Shown here piece by piece: positions 12,302 through 23,380 of a stretch of DNA of 33,529 nt (positions are counted from its first letter, which is position 1; every line of letters starts with the position of its first letter). The DNA is from Intoshia linei (Eukaryota; Animalia; Orthonectida). The notes under the pieces are model-generated. The model was given only the letters and a program-made list of their open reading frames with translations, ran no database searches and was not told the origin of the DNA. Both the position numbers and the translations under genes were made by a program. Location of the stretch: assembly GCA_001642005.1 (NCBI GenBank), contig LWCA01000290.1, positions 1 to 33,529 of the forward strand. The letters run 5' to 3'.

Positions 12302-13960
12302 TTACCAATCACTGTCATCAGATGAATCTAAAATAAAAATATTTAAATATTTGAATTTTTAATTACCCTCGCTATCATTTACATGCAAATCTGCATTTAG
12401 TTTGCATAATGCATTTTTGAGAGCATCTTCAATATCTTCTCCATTTTCAGGAGGCAATTCCTAAATATTACATTATATGAAAAGTAATTATACAAACCGG
12501 AATAGAACTATGTCGACTATTTTCACTAGATTTTAAATTAGTCCCCAACCGAATAGCACCAAGCAATTGTGATCTAGGGCCTGATGGCTGAGCTTGTACA
12601 GCAGGAGGTCCTGGAAGTGGTTTCGTTGGTAAAGGTTTCCTGTTGTTATGTATGGCTATTGAAGGTGGCATCCGATTAACACTTGGTGGGTTTATAGGTG
12701 GAGGAGTACTCATCGTTAACCTCTTTGTAGGTAAGGGTGGTCTTTGAGTAGATGGTTGAAATCTAGGTGGAAGTGGTCTTCTGTTAACTGTGGGTGGGTT
12801 GAATTGTGAATGAGGTCTAGATATTGTTTGATAGCGTTGTTCATTATTACTTGGAGGTAAACAATATGAAACTGGAGGAGAAGGTGGTACTGGAGGTGCA
12901 TTTCTAGGCGCTATGGAGCTTGATATCATTGGTTTAGAATAATTATTATTGTTAGAAATTGTTGGTGCAGCAGGTCTCGTATTAATATTTGGTATATTGT
13001 TATTTATAAAAGTTTGAATCACTTTACTGGAATTTTTATCTTGTAATTGCTGATCTGTTATACCTGCCATATGAAATCTAAAACAATTCAATTATACAAC
13101 AATATAGTGAAGTGAGTTACAATTTTTGTATTCTAGGGTCATCAAATTGAAACATCTAAATATGTTTAAATTATAGTTTTAAAACCTTACATTTCCACTA
13201 GATTGAATGTCATTTCCCAAATGAATAACATCTATAAAAAAATGTATACAACAAATCAATATATAGATACGTTTAAACTCCCTTGGTGCACTAATGTCAT
13301 CAATCGTAATAAATTTAGAATTGCCTTTAATTTTTTTCTTTTTTTTTTCTTTTTTCTCTTTTTTACCTACATATTTTACAAACAGGGTATTTGGCAGTAC
13401 CTTTGATTTCTTGTTGTTCAGCACGTTTTTTTCGATTCATTAATTTTTTTACAGCACAAGTACCGAATATGTTTGACTCAATTTCGTTGGCAAAATTTAA
13501 ACCGAAAATATCTCCCTGAAAATATATTTAAAGCAAACATTTAAGCATTTTACATCTTGTTGCTTGATTTTGTGGAAATATTTATTCACAATAATGTACT
13601 CAGTTGTAGAAAAAAAGCATATTTCTTTTAACATTCTTTCATTCTGCATATCAAAAATAAATATTCCTCTACATGGACCTAAAAAAATACCGAAATGTTC
13701 CATATCCGAACAAAATAATTTTTCCGTCTATAGTCTTTAATAAAAGTGATTACTCCAAAGCAAATTTTTCTCCAAACTGGGTAGTTTATGTTGGTATTTG
13801 AGCCAAATAACTGTACAACTGTTGTAGATAATGTCTAAATAGACAATATACATTTAAATTATAAACATACTTGTTGTCGTTCGCCAATTATGTTGAACAA
13901 CTTTTGGTTTTCATTGTCACTCAACATTTTTGACTCGCTGTTTATCATGTTGACTGCCAT
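12302..13960 (-). CDS. WASP: Wiskott-Aldrich syndrome protein family actin nucleation-promoting factor (WASP/N-WASP), about 436 aa
   Basis: 10 exons (13960-13871, 13834-13691, 13643-13554, 13515-13401, 13366-13271, 13231-13191, 13155-13121, 13077-12498, 12460-12367, 12327-12302), introns 34-47 bp. WH1 (SKMLSDNENQKLF...TTVVQLF...FIKDYRRKNYFVRIW...GLNFANE), Lys-rich basic region, CRIB ISAPREFKHVIHLG, GBD helix MAGITDQQL, poly-Pro, WH2 RSQLLGAIRLGTNLK, C helix, acidic tail DSSDDSDW*. Confidence 0.93.
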
Positions 13961-15034
13961 ATCCAATACTACTCTAATATACAGAACCTAAAATACAAAC
14001 ACAATGCCATAAATAAAGTATACACACATTACCAAGGAATAAAGTGAATGTAAATAAAGACTTGTTTTATTCCATCTGTGTATGTTAATATTAGGTCAAG
14101 TGTTTCCAGAATGAAGATAAATAAATTGTATTATAATAATTATGTATGGAGTTATTTAGTCAGCGATGATTATAATGATACCTAATTTATTAAGTCAAAT
14201 GCACATTGTCATAATGGATGTAGTGCTCCAATGTCCTCCGTCATGCACCTACCGACGATTTAAGGGTTATCTCGTTGTGACTAAAAGTTAAAACAATACA
14301 AGTACGACCAATCGATCTCCATTTATTTTTGAATTTTAAAAAGATAACGTAAAATTCAGAAATATTATAAGTCTTAGATTATAAACTAGCACGTGAACAA
14401 TGAATTTTTATGAATATAATTGACTTATACCGAAAGATACTTCGACATTTATTTTTAAGTTTTTTTAGGATTGTAATTGAATATCGAAATTTTTTTTGAC
14501 AAGTTAAATGCGTATTGCATATGCTGAAATAGAGAGTGAAATGTTACATGAATTGTTTAATTTTATTAACAAGTAATTTACACTAGAATTTTTTCTTGGT
14601 TAATATCCATTTCAATTGCAATTTTTTTTTTCTAAAAAATTATTAATAATGGCATTATGATATAATTATATTAAATATAAAATTAAGGTAGTGCACCACC
14701 TTAAGTGGTCCACCTAAGAGGATTAACCTAAGAGGATGCAGCTTTACCTAATACACATATACAAATAAATATACAAAGTACAAATATGTAGTTAATTAAT
14801 TCACTTATAGTTCAAATCCCACAAAAACAGTACACTGTATTCTATACGTATTATTTATATTAATATACATCGCTATCTCGTGTGAATTTTTAATTTGACA
14901 TTGGGCAAAGTAGAAAATAGACAAAATGTGAAATATCAGATGTTTTTAAGACTTCTAAATCAACATTGTCTCAAATAAAATGTTTTAAAGTTTACATTCT
15001 AATTTCTTTTAAAAAATTAAATTTTATATCATTA

Positions 15035-16724
15035 CTAGCTTGGCAGTTTTGTACTACGTACAAACAACATCTAGCTCTGCCGAGGGCACTCTTTTATTAT
15101 ACCCAAAAAATAAATTCATGTTGAAAATCTAACTTAAAAATCCTACTATTCATTATTATCAATCTTTTAAAGAAGTGGTTCCCAAATTTGTTTCAGGTGG
15201 AACCGTCATATCACATTACTTTTTACTTTAAAGTGAATTATTCCACTTAATTTTGTTTGTTAACATTTGTGTAAAAAATTTTAAAAACAATTATGATCCC
15301 ATTTTTTTAATTTATTAGACAGAATGTGTGTATAATATTAAAAATAAAGTAAAAACAGTCCAATCCTAAAAATTGTCATAAATAGCATAAATTCCAAAAA
15401 AATAAAATTAGTCCAATACTAAAAATTGTCATAAAGGTGTGAGTTTTGGAAATTGAAATTTATATTATTATATGTAAAAATTGTCATAAATTCCAGAAAA
15501 AATAAAATTATAACCTATTTTGTCATTTTCAATGTGATGACATATATTCAGTACCAATTTAATAAATACTTAAAAATACTAATTGTGTATCAATAATTAA
15601 TTGAATCTTCATTTTATAAATATTTCAGTCGAATTTTACCATTATTGCAAAGGATTGTAATATAAATATGATTGATGTTAAAAATGTGTCCATACTTTTG
15701 GCCTTTTTTCTTGTTTTATAAAAAAATGATTTTCTATGAAAATTTTCCTAACTGTAAATCAGAATGAATACAGTATGATGATTAATTAAAAAAACAATTG
15801 TTTTCTTACCTATTTCGGATATCATGTTCTTTTTGAGACTCAAAGAGACGTCTCATCTTCATTATTTTGGACTGTTAGCTACTGAATGTAGTTTTTCTTT
15901 TTACCATTTTATGTTAAATTTGTAATAATTATCAATAAATTAAAATAACGTTTCGGTTAGTATTAACTTAATTTTATATTTTATATTACGTTGCTGTAGT
16001 GTCATAAATTAATTAAAGGTTACAAAATTTTTTGAAAATTTGAAATTTAAAAATTGCGTAATAATGAAAAAAATTTTGAAGAAATGAATTATATAAATTT
16101 TCACCCATATGTCTTACCTGGAAATGTGTAGACCTACAATCCACATTTTTTTTGAAATTGTAGGATTAATATTTACATTTTTGATTTTAATCGAAATATT
16201 TGAAAAATATTGGTTGATAATATATTAAAAGTATTTTTCACCCGGGAATGCGTAGATTTCTCGGGTTGAACTTTTGTATTTATATCAACTGGAATAAACT
16301 CTATCAGAATAATTTTTTTTTTAAATTTTCGGACCATTAATTATTTCACATTTTTTGTTTTCTAAAATATTTTGGAAAAAAAAATGAATACTAAAATGCT
16401 TCTTAACCGTGAAGTCGTCACTTATTCAGATTGAATTTTTTTGTGTGTGTTAACATAAAATAACTCTACCACCTGTAAATTTTTATAAATTGTTTATTTT
16501 TTTCAATTCTCCAATTCGTTTAATTTTCAAAAATAGGAACAACAGGGGTTTTTGACCCTTAAGATGTGAAATTGGGAGGTTGAAATTTATCTTATTATAC
16601 GTCCCGGAAAAAACTGTAATTGAAATGTGGTCTTTAAAAAATTCTAAGAGTGCTAGTTATTTCAATAAAGTAGGACACACAGACAGACAAACAAAAATCG
16701 CGTCGCATTTTATATAAGTTAGGA
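15035..16724 (-). mobile_element. Composite non-autonomous Helitron, about 1.7 kb (type I 5' module, core, unique insert, long 3' module)
   Basis: 5' A|TCCTAACTTATATAAAATGCGACGCG...TTTGTCTGTCTGTGTG at 16724; 3' hairpin plus CTAG|T at 15035. 16020-16724 matches 8155-8885; 15035-15540 matches 17459-18125. Could be two same-orientation half elements. Confidence 0.75.
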
Positions 16725-17458
16725 TGTACAGTTTAATTCAATAAAGGTAAAGGGTAAGAATATTTTATTTTATGCACAAAAATTGAAATACTCCTCAAAA
16801 AAATAATATAATTTTTGATATAATTGACCAAAAAAATTAATTTAAGCATCATTATGTATATTGTACAGTTTAATTATATTAAAAATATAAAATTTATTAA
16901 TTCAATAAGGGTAAAGATGGGAACATTTTATTTAATGCGCAAAAACTGAAATATCTATCTCTTCATAAAGTAATATTTTATTGTTGACACTGTAAACATT
17001 GGTAATAAAATTAATTTTGTCCTCATATTTCATGAGTAATAATTTGTTCACAATTGACATATGTACCGCCTTATTTTTGTTTGTATGCAAATAATTTAAA
17101 TTTATCAGTTGATTTTTTTTGCATGCCGGCAAACAATAGTAAATTTATGAGTGTACTTTTTTGCATGTATACATGTTATTGTCTCGTAAGGGTTAAGACA
17201 CTTTTCTAATACTAAATATACTAGGACAGGCATAATACAACGCGCCGAGCAGTTTCATTTGACCCATTGGATGATGAATTAATTTTTTTATTGTTTTTCA
17301 ATAGAAAAAAATTATACCATACGATGAGACGTATCGTTTAAAAAATGGGTGATTGACCAGTTTCAATTTTAATTATTTGGAAACATATTTAACCTATCAA
17401 CTATTGATTTAAATACCACTTTTGATCAATTAATCAACACTTTTAGTTTATAAATATA

Positions 17459-19284
17459 CTAGGTTGACTGTTATGTACTACGTACAAGCAGCATTCTAGC
17501 TCTGCCGAGATGAATATTTTTAATTTTATCAAAAAAATAAATTGACTAATATTAGATAAAAATAAATAATAAAATTTAGCTTAAAAATGATACACTCACT
17601 ATTACCATATTTTTCGGAGTATAAGGCGCACCCTTTTACATGAAAAATTAGAAATGCGCCTTATAAGCCAGTGCGCCTTATATGAGGATTTTGGAAGGGA
17701 AAATTTTTTTCAAAATATATATTGTATTATTTGATTCTTAATTTTTCATAGATATCTCTTAATAAAATTTCTCGCGCCTTATATGTGAATTTTGTGTTGT
17801 AAATTGTTTTTTATACTCCGAAAAATACGGTACATATATCAATCCATTAAATGAGTGGTTCCTAAATTTGAATTTCACATTACCTCTTAATTTAAAGTGA
17901 ATTATTTCCACTTAATTGAATTTCGTTACCATTTGTGTAAATACTTATAAAAACAATGTTGTGATCCATGTATTTAATTTATTAGAGACAAAGATTGTAT
18001 ATTATACACTGTATAATCTTAAAAATAAAGTCAAAACAGTACAATCCCAAAAATAGTCATAAATAGCTTAAATTCAAGAAAGAATAAAATTGAAAAAACC
18101 TATTTTGTCATTTTCAATGTAATGAGTCATGAATCCGCTTTCGATGCATAAAATACATAAATAAAAATATAAAAATGATAACTACAAAGTTTTAACTTCG
18201 TTGTTGTAGTTGTAGACAAATTTTGAACAATGTACTAATGTTGTATTTTAAATTTTATAAAAATGAATACAACTTGTATTACATTAGACCAGCGGTTCTC
18301 AACCTTTTTCAGGCTATGCCCACCTTAAAAAAACTTTAAAATATCTACTTTTATTTAGGTCTGAATAAATCATTATAAAATCCGAAAAAATCAATTATAT
18401 AGATTTTCACTCATATTTCTTTATTGGAAATGTGTAGACGTTCAATGCACTTTTTTTTTAAATTTTAGAATGATTATTTACAGTTTCATTTTTAATTTTA
18501 ATCTAACATTTGAGAAATATTACTTGATAATTATTATTAGTATTATAATTATTATAATATATTAAAAATTATTTTTCCCCGATAATGCGGGAGATTTCAT
18601 GGTTAAATTTTTGTATTTGTATTGACTTAAATAAGCTGTATCAGAATAATTTTTTTTTAATTGTAGGACCGTTAATTTTTTTAAAAATTTTTTGAATAAA
18701 TAGTTTCAATATAAAAAAATAAATACTAAAGTGCTTTTTTGACCGTGAAGGCGTCATTTATTCAAATTGAAATTTTTAGTGTGTGTTAATAGGATACAAC
18801 AGTACCATCTGTAATTTTTTTTAAAATTCTAGGCTGTATTCATTTTAAAAAAAGGGGGTAATCTAAGTTTTGATCGTGAAAATTAGTTATCATTTTTGAT
18901 TATTCCATTTATGATAATGTTATCATTTTAAAACATATCCCATAATTTATGTTTTATAAAATTTTTAGACATGTTTCATTTTTAAAACAAAGGGTATTAT
19001 TGGGTTTTGACCATGAAGGTATGTGTTTCTGAAGCTGAGATTTACAACAATGTTAATCATTTTAAAACGCGTCCCAGAATGTATTTTATTGAATTTTTAA
19101 ACAAAAGGAGCATTGGATTTTTCACCCTAAAGGACTCAAAATTGGAAACTGAAAAATAGATATAAACACGCTCTCGGAAAAACTGTATTAGATATTGGGT
19201 TTTTAATTCTACGACTGTCAATTTTTTCAACAAATGGTAACAGACATTTCTCACACAGACATTAATTTTTCTATAAGTAAAGGA
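17459..19284 (-). mobile_element. Composite non-autonomous Helitron, about 1.8 kb (type II 5' module, core, long 3' module) with nested insertions
   Basis: 5' A|TCCTTTACTTATAG at 19284; 3' hairpin plus CTAG|T at 17459; core 18395-18840 shared with the other copies. Confidence 0.75.
17605..17830. mobile_element. Tc1/mariner (pogo/Tc2-like) MITE, 226 bp, nested in a Helitron
   Basis: TA|ccatatttttcggagtataa ... ttatactccgaaaaatacgg|TA: 20-bp TIRs (19/20), TA TSD, internal gcgccttata repeats. Absent from the equivalent position of the 7944 and 15035 copies. Confidence 0.9.
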
Positions 19285-19379
19285 TATTTCACAACTTTGT
19301 AGAGATCAAAAAAAGTTTAGCCATCTATGATTTTTTTATTGATTAGATCTATAGGTTAAAAATAGTACCTACCCCTGGT

Positions 19380-20173
19380 TAGCGATTGTGCCGGGGGAAA
19401 AACCGGGACAAAATTCCCGAGATATTTAATAATTTCCAGGAATTAAATTTCCAGGGATTTCTCGAAAAAAATTAAGACATACCTGTATTTGATTTATGTT
19501 TGTTATTACTATGAAAATATAATTATATTATAATATTTAAAATTTACCATTTCAAAAATCCCACCACAATAAAATTTAATCAAAAAAACCATTTCAAGCC
19601 CTTATGAAAAAATTGTCTTACACCGATATTCTTTTCAAAAATCCGATTTTACGAAATCTTATGAAAAAAATCCACTTCATCAAACCACAAATAAAAAATC
19701 TAATTTTCCAGCCCTTAATGGAAAAATATCCTTTTTCGAATATTTTTTTTGATAACCTCTTATTTCAACCACAAATTACTAATGCTTAAGGGAATTATCA
19801 TCTTTTTCCAATATTATTTTAAAAAATATTATGAGTTCTTACGAACTGGAACGCTATGATCAAGATTGATAAAATTAAAGGAAGCCCTTATGACCGTTCA
19901 ACCTACGTCAACACAAAATAAAAGAAATTTCTCTACTGCTTCTAATTTCGTTACAATACGTAGAACGCGTTTAAAAGACGAATCTATCAATATTATGTGT
20001 GTTTTAAAACACTTTTTCAACAATCTATAATAAATAAATTTATTTTCAATTAAATTTGTAAATTTCAATCTAAGTAATCAAATAAAATTTCTTTTTGTTT
20101 TTATAATTTTTAATGCTTCTATATTATATATGAATAAAAAAATTTTATTTTAACCGGTAAATCACAATCACTA
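19380..20173. mobile_element. hAT-type MITE copy 1, 794 bp
   Basis: TIRs tagcgattgtg / cacaatcacta; 8-bp TSD cccctggt / ctcctggt (7/8); subterminal cccgg/ccggga motifs; body collinear with 24182-24720. Confidence 0.85.
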
Positions 20174-20263
20174 CTCCTGGTACATATCATTGACCTATTT
20201 CATCACATTGTTGGTAATAATAATAATATTTATAAATAATATTACATAAAAAATAAATGTAAA

Positions 20264-23152
20264 TTAAAATACCTGTATGAATGATGGTCCTGTCGCCCAA
20301 AAAACAACGATACTGGCAAGAAATATGTAAACAGCAGAAATATAATAAATAAGTTCATAATTCCCAGTTTTTTCTAATATTAACCCGCTTAATAATGGTC
20401 CAATGAATATGGGAATTGCCATTATAGTAAATGTGAATCCATAAGCATGGTGTGAATTTTCTTTACCTAAAAAGGCACAATATACATCAGACTGGAGATA
20501 TAGTGAACTCTGTCATTAGTGAACATACTCAAATAATCCACAGATCATTTAAATTAGATAAAATAAACGCAATTGGGTTATTTAGTTTAGTATTTCTGTT
20601 TTATAGCTATATTCAATAAATATTATTTATGGCTTAAATTCAATATATTTAAATCATGGATACGAATCTATTATTATTAACTATAATTAAATTCTTTGAA
20701 CAAAAAATTTTTAAAATTCATTATATAAATTTGCCATTTTCAACGTCGGCCGGTGATCCCAGGAGAATCTAAGAAAAATTTAAAGTAATCATTATCTATA
20801 TACAATATTGTGAAACATACATTTTTAAGTTGATTAATCGACAAACGATGTTTGAGAGCATATACAATAATTTATTTTTGAAAATTTTTTATGCAATAAA
20901 ATAATGATTGGGCCTGTCACCATTGGATAATATTAAACAACAGGGAACGTTTTGTTCACTAAGTCAGGTTTCACTGTAATAGCAGTGCCGTAAAAGTCGT
21001 ACTAGATTGGATAGATTGTGGATGTAATTTTGACTAATCTTTAAACATCATCATTAATATGACAATCTGATAAATTAAGTTGGTGAGTGTAGATAAATGA
21101 CAAAAATATCAATCCAATTTATGACCTTGTAATAACACTGCTTATTAAATGTCATGAATTTACCAAACAAATCCAGACAAATTGGTGCACCCATAGAAAT
21201 AATTGTGCCAGAACAAGTACCAAGTACTATACAAGAGGGTATAACCAGATATGTTTGAATTGTCAATGTAAGAAGAATAAAACAGATGGCATTAATAAAT
21301 AACATGATTTGATGCAATATAAGTCTATTAATTCTTTTCAAATCGGAAATACCAGCAAAGACAATTCTCCCAATCGCAGACCCTACTCCCAACATTGTAA
21401 TTAAAAGTTTTGGTTTTAATTTAGATCCCACTTTTTCAGCATAACTTATCTAAACTCTAAATATATTAATTTTATTTTCCATGCATTAAATTTGTCTCTC
21501 AGTAATCGGTTTGAAATATTAATAAAATAGTTAATTATAATTAATGATCCTATGTGATGTATTTCAGAACAAAATACATGGAATTGTACAATGTACATTT
21601 AATGTCCATTGCTAAAAAATAAATAACAACGTACTGTATAAATATATGGAACTGAGTAAGCCATGAAAAAAAGTGATATAGAACAACACCAAACTACATA
21701 TTTTTGATTTTTAAAAATTTGAAAAAAAGGTGTATCCAAAATAAATGTCTTTGCAGTTGAAATAAAACTTTTTTTCTTATTTATATCATTTGAAAGGTCT
21801 TTAGAAAATTGGATAATTTTTTGCGTACATTTTGTTTTATCCAATTTTGGACGATGCCAAATTATGAATCCCAATAATAAGGTCGAATAGACAGCTCCTT
21901 CGATTCGCAAATAGTTAGATAATCCGTAATCTTCAATATAGTCATGTAATAGTATGGGTAAAATTGATGTGAATACAGAAGAACCAAAAGATGTAATTCC
22001 ATTGGCCAATCCAATGTTTTTTTCAAAATTGTAAAATAAAATGGACTGAGATTGTATATATATGAGGGAAGTTCCAATGGAATGAAAAATTCCATATCCC
22101 ACAAACAAAACATATAAATTATAAAAAAACAATGAGCTAATTAAAAGACTTATCAAACATGTAAAAATTCCAATTGCTATAGTCGCTCGTAGACCGAGAT
22201 TTGAACTCATTGTACTAGAAATTGCACCAAACAAAAAAAAAACGCACAATTTCATTGATCCTAATGCAGCTAAATACAATAAATAAAGTAAAATATATAC
22301 AGGGGTTCCTAAATTGGGCGATATATTGGCCCCAGGGGCAATAATTTCAGTTAGGGAAAGATTTTAAAAAATAATAAAAACATAAAAAGACATTTTTGAA
22401 TAGAGAAAAATAAATAAAAACAGTTTAAGAATTTTAAAAAACAATAAAATTTTAATGAGCATTATCATAAAGCTTAACTTCGAAAACGTCCATCTATACG
22501 ATAAAACTACAGCGTATCTTTTTTAAATGTGAAGTTATACAATTTTAAAAAATCACATCTAATACAGTTGTTGTCAGTTAAAACACAAAACTTTTATAAT
22601 TTCACAAAGTGACGCCTTTATTATCAAAAAATTCCTTCACTTTAGGATTCATTTTTGTATTTGATTACTTTGAAAAATATTAATAAATAATATTATTAAA
22701 ATTAACAAAAAAGATTATTGTGATACAGTTAATTTGGTTTAATAATAATTGATCCAAACTCTATAGTAGTACGTTGAACTCTTGATGTTAGGGGTTAATA
22801 TTTTTAAAATTATATTAAAAACTAAATAAAAGTAAGTATTGCAGAATTATATTAACAGAATAGATGTTGTACAATGTACACTAGTATTACTGAGAATTCA
22901 AAAATGTCGGTTTCAACATAATATTTCTAACTTAAAATTTTAATACACTTAATGTACCATAAAATTAAAAAAACTGACGTCAAAATAATAAAATATAATA
23001 ATACCGGCTTTTGTAGTGATATTCGGATCGCCCGTATTATGATTGACGAGATATTGATAAACTATGCCGTAACAATTTACAAAACCATAATTTATGCCGT
23101 TTGCAAGAAAACAAATAAAGCAAATAAAAATTTTACGAAAAATTTCCTTCAT
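20264..23152 (-). CDS. SLC16 transporter, MCT8/MCT10 (SLC16A2/SLC16A10, karmoisin)-like, paralog A, about 423 aa
   Basis: Exons 23152-23005, 22269-21635, 21449-21164, 20466-20264 (introns 735, 185, 697 bp). Motifs FLANGINYGFVNCYG, SILFYNFEKNIGLANGITSFGSSVF, YSVPYIY, GRIVFAGISD, IGPLLSG. The last codons could be extended by one more small exon. Confidence 0.9.
20501..20976. mobile_element. Degenerate Tigger/pogo-like MITE in MCT paralog A intron 3
   Basis: TA|tagtgaactctgtcattagtgaaca ... tgttcactaagtcaggtttcactg|TA: about 20/25 TIR match with TA on both sides. Confidence 0.65.
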
Positions 23153-23289
23153 GTAAAAACAGTAAATGAAAATAAAAATGTTTAATTAATCTTTATTTAT
23201 TTTAAAGTTTAAAATATGTAAATTACCAATATTTAATCTATTATGTAACAAAATAACGCCCTAATATGGTATAATTATAATTACAAATT

Positions 23290-23380
23290 GTAGTACAAAC
23301 AGCACCTAGCTGTGCCGAGAACACTTTTTGAATTCTATCAAAAAAATTAATTCAATAGTAATATCTTAAAAGTTCTACTA
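23290..23380 (-). mobile_element. Helitron 3'-module remnant upstream of MCT paralog A
   Basis: gtacaaacagcacctagctgtgccgagaacactttt...aaaaaattaattca matches about 9520-9580; terminus lost. Confidence 0.6.

Noticed and set aside
14190-14322. In-frame TGA (VGA-U-RRTL) as selenocysteine
   Set aside because: No SECIS-like hairpin evident, no selenoprotein family resemblance, and the ORF is itself speculative.
16725-16952. Local imperfect direct duplication (tgtacagtttaatt...ggtaaag...caaaaa.tgaaata)
   Set aside because: Two degenerate copies only; ordinary local duplication with no functional signal.
19604-19789. 61-aa ORF in the hAT MITE
   Set aside because: Translation of the internal A-tract minisatellite; no transposase motifs; largely deleted in the second copy.
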